Source of the DNA: Adineta vaga | Taxonomy: Eukaryota; Animalia; Rotifera | Assembly (NCBI GenBank): GCA_021613535.1 | Contig: CP075495.1 | Span: forward strand, 6,324,001 to 6,388,000 | Length of the DNA: 64,000 bases | Reading direction: 5' to 3' | In this document: positions 26,618-40,425 of the stretch, in pieces | Position numbering within the stretch: the first letter of the stretch is position 1 | Layout of the letters: every line of letters starts with the position of its first letter | The notes under the pieces: model-generated | Seen by the model: the letters and a program-made list of their open reading frames with translations, nothing else | The model's database searches: none | What the model was told of the DNA's origin: nothing | Position numbers and translations under genes: made by a program

Positions 26618-29102
26618 TTAATGTTCCGAATGATCAGTTCCAATATCATTATCATCGTCGAAGTCATTACTACCATATGTATCTAAACCAGAACGATTAT
26701 GTCTTTGATCATCGTCTTCTTCTTCGTGAACATGATCAATTAAACTTGTTTTCGTAGGTTTTGTATCAGCTAGCCAATCAACATTATGTAAATCAGTCAT
26801 AGGTTTTCGAATAGTTGCATTAAAATTCATTGTAGAACTTAATTCATGTTCTGGTGATGTTGAAATTGGAATTTCGTCTGATTCATGATTATCGTCAGTT
26901 TTTGTTTGAAGTGATAAACGTGGTTTAGGTTTGATAGTTGTTGATGAAGATGAAAATAGATAATCATCACTTGAAGGATTTTGTGTTGTCAGTTGATTCG
27001 TTGCAAACGTTCGTTTGGTCTCGTGTGTCATACGTGGTGTTATAGTTGGTTGCTTATCATAACCATCACTAGTTTGCCAAGGTAATGGAGTATTAATATC
27101 ATAAGATGAATGCCGTTGATCACTATGTGGAGTTTTTGGTGTGAGAAGCAATAGATCTTCTCTTCCACTAGCAGGCGCTTGAACAGGTAAAGGTTGTCGA
27201 TCAAAAGTCGTAGCTTTATGCACTGAAGCGTATGTATCCGTTTCTATTCATGTTTTAAGAAATAAATGAAAAAAAAATATCGATATTCATATTCATAGAA
27301 AATATCAATTACTTCGTGATGTTTGAACGCCAAGATCTTCTTTTAATGATTCGAGAAGTCCACGTAGACGACGCTAAAGAGAAGAAATATGAATTATTTG
27401 AAATTATGATCAACCTCATTTTACTTCATCAAGCGTTCCTCGATTCCGATCGATATGTATTTCAAACAATTTTTCGATTGCCGGTTCAGTCGTAAGATTC
27501 TTTCGTATGATAGCATCAGTTATTTCTTGCATAAATTTCACGTATTGTAAACGTTCCTGTCTAGATATTAAGATATTAAACTGAATGATTCTTGAGAAAA
27601 TAATTTTAGAAAAATATACTCAGATAAACCATATTGTTTCAATGTTTCATTGGATTGTTTTCTACAAAGATGTTAGAAAATTGATCATAAATATTAATAA
27701 CTCAGTGATTATTTTTAACAAACTTACTTTAGTGGAGTATTTGTAGTTGCTTTTGCTTTTTTTATTTTTTTTTCTATATCATGTCGAAGTTCCATACTTC
27801 TATTTAATTGTTCTCTAAAATAAAATGAAATCTTTAGTAAGGAAATTTATTCTATCGAATTTCTACAATTAGTATCTACAAAAAATGACTCTAACAATCA
27901 TGCAGGTTTGTCTATATTTAATCTTTCCTTTTCTTTCGATACTTGCCTCACACGACGAATACTGTTTACAAAGAGAATAAATATAAATTTTATATTCGAA
28001 AAAATGAAGGAAAACATATTTTCTTGTTTTTTATCTTTTTATAAACTAACCTTAATGCTAATTGTTCGTCTTCTTTTCGTTTATTTTCATCAGGAATATT
28101 TTCTTGTGTTTTTGTTTGTTGTTTTGCTGCACTCTTTGGACGAGACTTGATTTTTGATGGTGGATTGTAATATGAACGATTGTTTCGTAAAAATGAATCA
28201 CCTTCACGTTTAACTAAACGTGGTTGATGTTCATCGGGTTCTGGTTGAGAAAAAGAGTCTGGATGTTTATCTAACACATCAGCACTACTTCTATTTCGTT
28301 CACTAGAAGTCATTTTTCCAAGAGCAGTCATGGCTGTTAACGCTTGCGAAAGAACACCTCTAAATTTGGAGAAGAAATAAACTTGGATTTTTTTTCGAAT
28401 TGATGAAAAAAAATTTATCTACCCTCCGAATAAGTTATTCGCTATATCACCATCATTTGAAACATTTCGATTAAGATTTTGCATTGAACCATTCATATTT
28501 AAAGAACGTGTCATCATACGACCTGATTCAATACTTCGTGAACGTGCACGAAAAGTTGTTGGCTACAATGAAGCAAGAAATCATGCTTTTTATTTATTAA
28601 AAATATTCTTTTTCTACTTGAGATTGAACATTTCGACGTGTACCACGTGCACTCTGACTTGATCTTCCACGTGGTGTTGCTGCAACACTTCCACCCGTAA
28701 GTTGTTCAAACATATTTTGAGTATATACTAATTGAGCTAGTTCTTTTCGAGCTCGATCTCGACATTTTTGACCTAATACCATAGCTTTTGGTGGTTTAGA
28801 ATCGATGGCAGCTAGATACAAGAAGAAACATTCGATCATATGAAATCAAACATATGCTATGATGTTTTTTACATTTTGCACCGTGTAATCGCCGATAGTG
28901 ATTCCTCATATGATCAGTAACTATCGTTTGTTTGACAAGATTGCTTTCATTTGTTTGAAGAACTAAAGATAGGAAATAATAATAGATATGAGATTTATTT
29001 CGATAAATAGAAACAAACAATGAACTTACCACTACTTTTAAGTCCATAAAGACCTTTGCCAGGCCAATTAACTGTACTACTGAGTAAATCAGTTGTGGAC
29101 AT
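26618..29102 (-). CDS. SPATA7: SPATA7-like ciliary protein, multi-exon
   Basis: N-terminal DHMRNHYRRLHGAK-AIDSKPPK...KCRDRARKE and C-terminal ERLQYVKFMQEITDAIIRKNL...IEKLFEIHIDRN...RRLRGLLESLKEDLGV match the two conserved SPATA7 blocks. Confidence 0.75.
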
Positions 29103-30041
29103 TGTTGACAGTTTTCAACTAGATATTTTACAAATTGAAATGAAAATCTGAAACTATTGAATTGATTGATTCTCACGATGTTTCCTCATAGTAATAAAAG
29201 ATATAAAGCAAACTCCTCTCAAAGATTAAAGTATATTTGAAGTATATCTACGTACAACAAAAAGAAGAAAATATCGAATCAATGACAATTCTCTGTCTAA
29301 TCGCATATTTGTCATAAACAAAGGTAAAGTATCATAATACTTCACTTAATTTCTAAAGTTTAACAATTCTGAGATCAACATTGATCTATATAAAACAGCA
29401 CAAAGAGGATATCCATCGAAGAAGAAAAAATGAGTAAAAACGCGCATAGGGAATAAATAATTAAGCGAGGAAAATTTGCGAATAGTTACACCTTCTGATC
29501 TTCGATTAAATAATGAATAACACTGTCCTTTCATGTTATAGTTCATCACCATCTCGTTATATATAAAACATATCCCTACATCAATTTTTTTTCTGACATT
29601 AGCTCGTTCCCTTCCGAGATTAATTAAACCATAAATATGTACTAAGTTACGTACTCTACTGTATAAAAAAAACATATAGACTCATGTCTCTAAGGAAATA
29701 ACCTCTTTGATGATTCATTGATTTCATTGGTTGTATTCTAGGGACGAATCATAAAGAAATGAATGAAAAAAGTGTGACCAGCTGAGCGGAGTGATCATTC
29801 GTTTGAAAAAAAACGAACAGAAGGTGTTCTTGACCAACGGACATATGCATAAGTTAATGACAGATTGATGTATATCCTTCTTTTTCTTTTCTCACCTGCC
29901 GTTTCCGTCTTCTCTGTTCACACATTTGCATAAATTATAGCTTTTCATAACACATTGTTTTTTTGGTCATTTTCTCGTCATTTCAGTATATAGGGGAAAA
30001 AACAACAACACGTGCTGATATTCTACTTCATTGTGTGATCG

Positions 30042-32163
30042 ATGAGTAACAGCAATCGTTCATCGTATATTCGTGTTGAAGATCAAAATCAATCAGCTTT
30101 AAATGAACTTTTTTCGGTTGTAAACAATCCCACCCAATATCGAACACAACTCTTATCAAAACCATTCCGTGATCGAGGTTTACCCGAATCATTTTTTCAA
30201 CCACCATCATCGTCATCAAATAATAGTCTCTCAAAATCTGCTGCAACATCATCTAATTCAATCAACAATGATCAACAACCGCCTGTGCAACGTCATCATG
30301 CTAAAAATCAACTTAGTCTACCAAATATTCCATCACAATCAACAACATTATTACGAACAATTATAAATAATAATCATGTTCAAGGTCATTTAAGAACTGT
30401 TAGTGATACAGCTGTACTTGATGGTCAAGGTACAGCGATGGCATCGACAAATTCTACTTTATCACAAATTAATTCCCAAGTATCACTACTGCCATTGCCT
30501 GAAGGATGGGAAGAGAAACAAACACCCGATGGTCAAGCATATTATATTGAGTAAGTTGAATTGAATTAATTTAATACTTTTTATTATTCAAAATATAGAT
30601 TAGACTGAAATTTGTTCGGAATTTTTGTCATCTGTTTCACTCTGTCAAATGATCATTTCATTCATTAGTTATATGACTAATTATATATCGGCTTTCTTTT
30701 TGTTTCAGTCATATAACTCAGAATACAACATGGATGGATCCTCGACCTACTCATTATGCAGCATTTCAATCATTTTGTGCTACACTTCCATTACCTGATG
30801 GTTATGAACAATCAAGTGATGCACGAGGCAATATTTATTTTATTGATCATAATCATAAACAAACTTGTTGGGATGATCCACGACCTAGTAAATGCATTCT
30901 ATTTTGTGTCTATGTATTCATAAATATGTTTTATTCATTTTGTAGATTATTATCGATCGATGATGACAAAACGACTTGATGTACCGATTCCACCAACATC
31001 AGTACCTATTCCACAATCATCACCATCACCTATTCCAACATCATCATCCTCATTTCATCAGCAACGACTTTCCACATCAACTCTTTCACCGACAACAAGT
31101 ATGGCTCAATTAACAACCAATTCACCACCCGTTGATTCACATCATCAAGATGGTTTAAAAAGTAGACTTTCCGAAATTTTAAATGAACAACGTATTTTAC
31201 AACAACGAAAAGAAGAATTAGCACGAATGGTAAGATATTTCTTATATTTATCTTTTTTTATCTATTTTCTAACTACTCCATATAAACAGATGAAACGATT
31301 AATAATATTAGGTTACTAACGGTATGATACACGCTTTAAGCATATATATATATATTTATATTGTTTTCTTTGCTCATGGTGATAGTGTCGTATATTTTGT
31401 GCCAATAGTGTTTTTTCTCCTTTTTCCTATCAATTGAACAAACTCAACGTTTGACTTTATTTAGGAAGCCGATGTACGAAAAATGCTACATCAAAATAAT
31501 CATACATCAATTGATCACACAGGACTTGATTCGTTAATTGATGATTTAATGCATCACAAACGACAAAATAGTGAAGATAGTGGCGTTGGCGAAGGTATTT
31601 TATTACGATGGATTATTCTTTAAAATAAATTCATATCGAGATTTTTTTTTCTCATCATTATCATTTCTTTTTTAGGTCGAAATAGTATCAATCGTACACC
31701 TGACGCATTAAGCTCAATGGATTGTACTGACGATCCTCTTTTTCCAATTCAAGCAGGTATGTATTCGTAAATGATTGAGAGATAGAGATCTGATTCGATT
31801 ATTTTCAATATGAAAAAAAATTTATATATATATCCATCATTAAACAGGCGTACATCGTCGTGTTACATGGTCAGGGTATGTGTTCTATAAACGAGCTACC
31901 ATTGGAAACGGATATAACTAATTTTTAATTATATAGATAAAAATAGATTTTGATTGAAATCAATTTTATTTAGATTACGCTACGTTTCCCGTGGAAATGG
32001 ATCATCCAGTGCAGGATGCCCGTCCAATGGTAATCATGGACGGTTCCCAACTTAAAGTATAATTTCATATTCGTTCTCTAAATAGTTATTTTTATTTTTA
32101 TTTTTGTTCTAGATGAAAGCAATCAAACAAAACCCTCCATGGTTTTATCACAATACTAAATAA
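30042..32163 (+). CDS. yki/YAP1: YAP/TAZ/Yorkie transcriptional coactivator, multi-exon
   Basis: TEAD-binding domain (LNELFSVVNNP...PFRDRGLPESFFQPP), two WW domains, a coiled coil and the HKRQNSEDSGVG phosphodegron. Confidence 0.93.
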
Positions 32164-32884
32164 ATTCCAAAAATATAGCTGAAACATTCGAATCGATTGA
32201 TCTGTTTTTCTTCTTAAAAAAATATTTATACAAAAATATCATTACATTTCTTTGTTTATTTCGTTTCTCAATTGTTATTTTCCATGCGCGTATCTTGTAT
32301 AAAGAACACAAAAAAAACAACATTGCCTTTTATCTTCTTCTTCCTTTTCTTACTTCATTATTCTCTCATTACGGTATTCATTCTCCGGTCGTTTTTTCGT
32401 CGTTGTCTTTTTCATTCGGTGTTCTTTATCTTTTGTATCAGAGAATGAATCGTACTTTTGTTTTCCTAAGGTCCGGTGCGTGTTTGTGTGTATCGAGATT
32501 TGTTTCATTGTTGCGTGCTCGATTCTGTGAATGTAGCTTGTTTCGTTTTCTGCTAGTTGGATTACTTCTCCTTATTGCTCTATTTTGTACTGTTACTAAT
32601 ACTATCCATACTAATATTATTATTATTATTGCTTTATTCTATAAAAAAAACACGGTATTTCTTTAGATATATATAAAACTGCTAATGTTATTTCAAGAAA
32701 AGAGATAAGTACAGATTATCATGTAAAGAATGGTTTAAGATGATTGAAATCGATGTGAAAAAGTTTTGACTGACTAACGAGAAATAGAAAGAGATGAACT
32801 TTATGAAAATTTGCTCATGCAAAAAACAGAGCTCGTATGATTATCGATTTCAAAAGAACAATTATATAATGTGCCTATCTGTAG

Positions 32885-33884
32885 ATGTCTTTTCGTATTA
32901 CTGCTCAGTCACGTTTGACTGATGCATGTTATAGCCTTCGTTATTCACCTCATGTAGCCAATCAATTAGCAGTAGTTTCCTGTGAAAATTTTGGTATTCG
33001 TGGTCGTAGTACTATACAATTAATTAGCAATCAGAATCAGATATCCTTTCAATGGTCTGATGCATTGTTTGATATCAGTTTCGTTGAAACAGATCCATCA
33101 TTGATTGTTTGTGCGAGTGGAGATGGTTCCATTGTTATCTGGAAGATAAACAATAATAATTCTTCTCCTTTGTTATCTTTACGTGAACATCAACGTGAAG
33201 TATGGTGTGTTCATTGGAGTGAAAGTCGATCAACTGATGCTTTACTTAGCACATCTGCAGATGGAACAATTAAATTATGGAATTTTACCAGGTAAACTCA
33301 AATTTATTGACAAATAGTCATGAATTGTATTGACTATTTTTTTTAGTACACCAAATCTTCAAACAACTCTGTCAGGACATACCTCTGTTATATATGAAGC
33401 TCGTTGGCATCCACGTCGACCCGGTTTAATCGCTTCTGTTTCAGCTGATTGTTCATTACGATTATTTGATATAAAACAAGCATCGAACATAATGAATCCT
33501 CGAGCACATCCTGCTGAAATTCCTTCTGTTGATTGGTCAAAATATGATGATCATCTATTAGTGACTGGTGCTTGTGATAATCGTCTTCGCTTATGGGATA
33601 TACGTATGATTACAAATGCAGTAACAGTATTTGAAGGACACGAAGCTGCTATCCGTCGTGTTAAATTTGATCCACATCGACGCGATCGACTAGCATCAAC
33701 TGGATATGATGGTTTATTGAAAATATGGAACATAACATCAACAAATAGTAATATTAATCTACATACAGAACGTATTTGCAAAGAATTTATTTATGGACTT
33801 GATTGGAATCTATTTGAACGAGATAAAATAGCTGTAGGAGCTTGGGATAAAAGTGTACGTTTATGTGAAATTATTTCAATTTAG
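32885..33884 (+). CDS. PEX7: Peroxisomal PTS2 receptor (WD40), 2 exons
   Basis: YSLRYSPH..NQLAV...NFGIRG, WSDALFD, LREHQREV..VHW, AHPAEIPSVDWSKYD and GHEAAIRRVKFDPH...STGYD are characteristic PEX7 WD repeats. Confidence 0.88.
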
Positions 33885-35643
33885 TCAACTTAAACACATT
33901 TTGTTTGTAGTATTTTTTTAACTTGTGATTTCTTGTCTCTCTTATGAATTGCATAAACTTGCATTTTATATTTGAAAACGATCAATTATTCATAATTGCT
34001 AATTCTTACATTATCAAATAACTTTTAAGTAAAAATCTAAAGTGAGATGGTAATATGTATTCCAGATAGAATTGTTAATGAATTGCGTACGATGGATCCA
34101 CCTTTTGAAGATCATATATATGTAAGCATGGATGAAACAATTGGATAAATGGAAGAATGATCTTGGAAAATGATCCATAGAAAAAAACGCCCTTTTCTAT
34201 ATTCTAAACAGTGTATTGATCACTTTGAATTATCAGTAAAAGAAAAGAGAATTATTGAATTGAAGTTCAAAAACTTTATCAGATGATTTTTGTCTTTGTT
34301 CGATAGTAACTTGAGTACAAAATCTGTTTTATCAGATGTATGGATCACTGTACACAAGAAACTTTATTGTACGTATATAATTGTTATTCTTTTGTATTTT
34401 CCATGATTTTTACTTTTCGGCTTATAATATAATTTGTTACACTTTTTCAATATCAGCTTCAGGAGTTTCCATAACACTATTTGGATATAGTTGAGTGAGT
34501 GTCACTAGTTGATCACTTATTTTTTCAACATCCTAAAAGTAACAGAAATGTTGTACTCAAACTTGTTTCACTCTACAAAAAAAACAGATATTTTATGGAA
34601 CCAAAAACGGGAAACGTAAAGAGATGAAACGTGGATAACCGATAGATAATGAATATTTTGTAATAAAACAAAGAGTCTTATATCCATCGCAAACGCATGC
34701 GTATTTCTTACACTCGTACTTTAAAATATAAAAGAACATAGTTTCGAAAATACTTTCTTTTCAGTGAAAATAAAAGATCATATCAAAGAATTTGTTGGCA
34801 AAAATTCATTTTTATTCAAGATAAATATTTTCATCAATAAGATCTCTTTTTTTCAAATCAACTCAACCAGTTATATGTTGGATATTAAATGCATCTCTTC
34901 CTAGTTCTAGAATTCAAATAGAATACAAAAATCGACTACGAATACCTAGAAGATTCAATTTATATTCAATATATCTGCCTTACTTCTTGATACTAAGTGT
35001 TATTTTTTGTTTATATTAAATATTAGAGATTTAAAATCTAGTGTTATCATCAGATTGAAATTGATTAAATTCATTATCAATATGACACGCATCTTGTGTA
35101 CATCTCTATCAATCATATTTCAAAATGAATCGACTAGACAATTATTCTAAATATAATCGTAAGGTGTAAGTAGAGTTTGATTACAAGGACATTAATCATA
35201 TGTCAAATGCTTATCACCAAAACAAAACAAAAAAAAAGATGAGCATTCAATTAAGTGAATATAGGCATGTTTATTGATTGAACGAGAATTTATCACTGTC
35301 TATCAATTTCAATTTAAAACACAATGAAAAGATTTACTAACGATGAAAACACGAAACGTACGTTTCGAACTAAATTTGGATTGCCTTTTAAAATATTCAT
35401 CATGAATGATAAGATCAACGTTTATGAATGATATAGAGATTCATTGAATCGATATAATCTATCGAAAAGACTATGATAGAATCATTAACATTTGAGAGAG
35501 TGTATAGTTTTTCTTTTGTATTGTCTAAGATTTTATAATTGAATATAAAAAGTTCAGCGATATCAATGATAGAACGAAAAAACATATAACAAAAAAAAAA
35601 CAAATGAACGAGAGAAAGAAAAAAAAGAATCAGAAGCAAGTTA

Positions 35644-37061
35644 CTATAACGTTCTTGATAACTCTTCTTCACATCGATAAGTATATAAACTTAAACTTTG
35701 ATTTAATTGAGGAAATTTTAATTCCTCAAAACATATATTTGTTGTAGCATTACGTTCTGCTTTAACAAATGGATATGTTTTATGTAGTTCTTTACATGGC
35801 ACACGCCAATTGTCAGCTGGTCCACGATTATGACGATGTAAAAATGTGTTACCTTCACATGTATGAAAAACATTTGCACGACCTAATCGTACCATGGATT
35901 TGAGTGAGAAACGAGGTTGACGTGGACTTGGTACAAGCAACGGTCCTAATATACGTAAATATACTGGGTCAACATTACTTTTAGCTAAATAATTCATTGT
36001 TCCAAGATTGTGTTGATGTTTTGGATATGCATAGATATGTGTAGCATTTTCTTCATAAGGAAAAATATCAATTTTTGGCCAACGATAATTCGTCCGATTG
36101 ACAATTGGTGAACGTAAAGAAAATATTTTATATGATGTGACTTTATATACATTTTTAAATAGATAAACCACTAAATCATTATGAAATGATGGTCGACTAA
36201 AACAATTAAATACAAAAAAGAAACTTTCATCAATATGAAAAGGAGAAAATAAATTTCATTACTCTTTAGCAACTCTTGTTTTACTATTCTCTGTCGTAGT
36301 TGATGTCATTGATGATCGCTTTTGATTCATTGATAAATCTAATTTACGAAATGATTGAAGAATTTTACTAGTCGCTGTCGATGGAATAAATATATCAATA
36401 TCCGTATCCCATGGTATAACATCATGATGTCGTAAAACTCCAATTAATGTACCTTTTGTAAGAAAATATTTAATTTGTGCTTGATGTAAGATTAATTGGA
36501 CATTGATCATTAATTGTAACATGTGAAAATAATCACAAGCTGAGACATCTGTTGGTAATATTGAATTGTTTACTGCCCGTAAATTTTTCAAATCAAAATA
36601 ATAGTAAAGACCCATACCAACTGGACGTTTTATTTCATTGATAGGATAAAATGATTCATTAATGTAATATATATATCTCGTTATATCAATTGATTCATAA
36701 CAATATGATCCATTTCGATGACATAAATCACAAGCATCATGTACAAATTTCGTTAAAATTTGTTGCCATACATACATTAATTTATTCCAAATCGATTGTA
36801 TATCAATAAGTGGAACGTCGATATTAAATAATTGAGCTAATAATAATTTTACTTCGTCATAAGACAACGAATGAGTTAATGAAAACGGAAAGTTTTGTGA
36901 TGGTTGAGTAGAAACATACGTTTCAATATCACGTCTTGGATTGTCTGACTGATGTATAGCGCAACAGTGATAGCACACAAGCCGAGAAGAATCATACAGG
37001 GTATCCATAAACGACGATTGTTAATAAGCAATCGAGCAAATATGACCGGATTCGTATACAT
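35644..37061 (-). CDS. LicD-family (fukutin/FKRP-related) type II membrane phosphotransferase; apparent 1-nt frameshift near the end of the TM segment
   Basis: YFLTKGTLIGVLRHHDVIPWDTDIDI (LicD signature), WPKIDIFPY and a C-terminal PCKELHKTYPFV. The N-terminal TM lies in the overlapping frame 37061-36876. Confidence 0.85.
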
Positions 37062-37870
37062 TGAAATAAATAGATTCAACTATGCAGGAAAACTATGTCG
37101 AATAGATTGTCGATGTATATTTTTATAAAACCATCGAGCAAAAGAGAGTATATCAACAAATACTTCGACACTTCTAGTATAATATAAGAAAATATCCAGA
37201 AGACTGCACTTACAAGGATAGATAGTTGAGTACAATTTCTTCTATGTTGTCCATATAGTAGAAAGAAGAAGAAAAAACAGTTATAGCAACAAGCAGGCTC
37301 TTTTTTCTTTCTTGTAATGCAAAGTATATCTTCCTCATTCCTTTCTCTGTTTTTTTTCTCACTGTACGATGAAAGGAAAAGATAATTGTAACGGAGAAGA
37401 AGAAAAAGAAGAAGACAAAACAGAAAATTTCTTACTTGTACATTACATCATTTTTCTAGCAATATGTGGTTAATGACCATCATCCAGCATTTATCAGAAC
37501 ATACAATAAGCACGGGTGTAGTCGTTCTTTTTCCGTGTATGTATACATATACATATATATATATATATTTATCTATTCTGCAATGATTTGCAACAGCGAG
37601 GAAATAATGTAAAAAAAACCGAAAAGAAATTTTAGAACACATGAAAGAAGATAACTTCTTTGCTCGAACAGACAACAGTAAGAGAAAGAATACAACATGA
37701 AAGAAAAATTGATAAAAAAAAACGAAAAAAAACGTATTGAAAGAACAATGTAATATAAAACAGATATCACTCTCGATTGAAAGTATTGTAGATGAATAAA
37801 ATCAAACAAGATAAAATATTTCCTATTTAGATTGCCGATATATTGTCATGTTTGAAATTCTTACATTCTA

Positions 37871-40425
37871 TCATAGTTTACGCCATGTCCAAGCTTCACT
37901 AGGATTAATCTAAAGGATAAAATCGATTAGAAAGAAAACTTCTTTTGAAAAATATATATGCTGAAACCTTTTTTAAATTACGTCGTCTAGATACAGCTGA
38001 ATAATTTCGATCATCGTTCTCAAAATCACTATTTACAGCATTCATTGGAGCAAAAAGATTTCGTCCTGCTGTTACATAAGTTGCTGCTGCTGGTCCAGTT
38101 AAAATATTCGAAGCTAGAACACTACCACCATTATTAGCACGATATGCAATTGTATAAATAGGCTGAGTGGTATTTGGAACGACTAAAGAGGGCTGACCAG
38201 AATTGTAGGTTAACATATTAGTTGTTTTTGGCTGAATAAATAAAGAAAACGTTTTTTTCGAATAAATCAAAAACAAAATTTTCGCTTTTTATATTACTTG
38301 AGATTGTAAAATTTCTTCGACGTATTGTTGTTTCGATGGTTGTTGAACAACATATGTCATTGGTTGTTTATTATGCGTAGTATTTATATTATTATTTCCA
38401 TGGATATTATTCAATGAAGTACTAGCTGCTTGATTTGATGGTTGCGCTATTGGATGCGTAGACGCCGATGGTGGTGGTAGTGGTGGAGCTTGAGCTGGTG
38501 GTTGAAAATAAGGAACAGGGATCGGAATGAATTGTGGTTGTTGTTGCTGTTGTTGTTGTTGTTTGTTATTGTTCTTCTTACTATTAATATCTTGATGACT
38601 ATTTCTAGCAGAAGTACTATCTCGTGGACTATGTGATCTGGAACGACGAATCGAACGATGACGAGAACAAGAACGACGATGTACACGATTAGCATGCGAA
38701 ATGTCATCCATTTCTGAATTCTATGCAATATCAGATATTATTCATGGTTCTAGATTGTGTTATAAAACTTACTTCACTAACAAAATGTCGAGGATGATAT
38801 GGTTCAAGCTGAAAAAAACATTTCGTAAATTAGGATAGAAATAAGATCTACTGTTCACCCTCCTTAACTTACATTCGACTGTGGAAATAATGGGCTGGAT
38901 GGACGAGAAAAGCCACATAGTCCAGACGTATGTTGAAATGCTGGATTAAATATACCATTACTTCCATGATGATGTGTTGGAGAGCATAACTTGGTAGGTG
39001 GATAACCTACTGAATTCTGATTATTACTTGAACCATTGATTTGATAACAAGCATTTGTATAATCTTGACCAGACATAGGTTGTGAATGAAGATATTGATG
39101 TGTTCTTTTCAATACAGATGTCATATTGCTATTAAATGAAATTTTTCAACAAAGAAAGATTTTAGACATAGTATTGAAATCAATTAGTTTATTATACCTA
39201 TCCGATGGTGCTTTCAAAACACTTCCAGCATATTTATCGGCTGAATGACTAAGAATTCCTGTTACTTCCATATTACTATAATCACACCAATTAAATACTG
39301 ATGCAAGCATAAAAGAAAGAGAAGCGAAAAAAGATAGAACAATATTAGGAGTAATCAACCACATTCCCCAACGTCGTGGATTATCATTATCACTTGAACG
39401 TAATCGTTCAACATAAACTAAAGATTCAGTGGCAAATACAGTCATACCAATAGTTGTAAAAATAACTAAAATAAAGAAATAACAAATAAGGAGAAAACAC
39501 TTTGTGATTAAATTAGGTGAAGCAATTTGAAATTTCATTAAAGTTAACTTTTCGAGAGATCTTTTGTCAGAATGACAAAAGTTTCGATCCTATATTTATA
39601 TTCTGTAAAAGTCATCGGAAATATAAGTTCTATATAGTTTTTCATTTCGTTGTCCGCAAGCTTGGCCAACTGACCTTACATTTATTTCAATAATAAGCGT
39701 GACAAAAGTCAACATTTTTCATATCTGAAATCATTAACTTTATATCTCAGATCTAGATATAATCATCGATTAACTGATAACAATGTTAATATGTAAACAT
39801 ACAGGAGGACGAAAAATAATAAATTTCTTCTCTTAACTCAATATCGAATGAAAATAACCTCGACATATTTGAGCTGATTCAATAATCATACATTTCTCAT
39901 ATTATTTTTGAAAGATCTATAGTGATACTTACAACTTAAAAAGGCAAATAATGCTGCAAATAATGCGGCTGTAATAAAAGTTCGTTTAGATAAGAGACCA
40001 ATAATAGCAGCTAGCAACGAAAGACATCCCAATGATAAACCAAATGGTATAAGTACTTGAGCAACTCGTACAAAACCTTACGAATAAATAAAAAAGCAAA
40101 AGATACAATATTTTCAAAACTAAAACAGTAGAATATTACTAGGCGCATCTTTATTCCATAATAAACAAATGAAATCGTTGGCTTCTTGTGAAAATGTACA
40201 TTTATACCAAAGACCAAATTTTTTAAAATCAACACTATTGCTATTGAATATATTTACATCAGTATTATTAATATTTTTGATTAAATCTTTGCCAATATTA
40301 CGTTCATAAAATTGTAACCAATCAGGTACAGAAAACGATATCCATCCAAGTACAAGACTAATAATAAGAAGTCCAACACCAATTGCAAGAAAAATTCGTG
40401 GTGGCACGATACACCGATACATCAT
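37871..40425 (-). CDS. Claudin/PMP22-like tetraspan protein with a long low-complexity cytoplasmic tail, ~8 exons
   Basis: TM1 followed by PDW...FGLWYKC...C (W-GLW-C-C signature), three further hydrophobic segments, then RS-, polyQ- and Pro-rich exons ending INPSEAWTWRKL*. Confidence 0.78.

Noticed and set aside
34040-34535. Exon-like fragments (minus DVEKISDQLVTLTQLYPNSVMETPEADIEK; plus MVICIPDRIVNELRTMDPPFEDH)
   Set aside because: They could not be joined into a consistent gene model or assigned to a family; possibly a decayed remnant.
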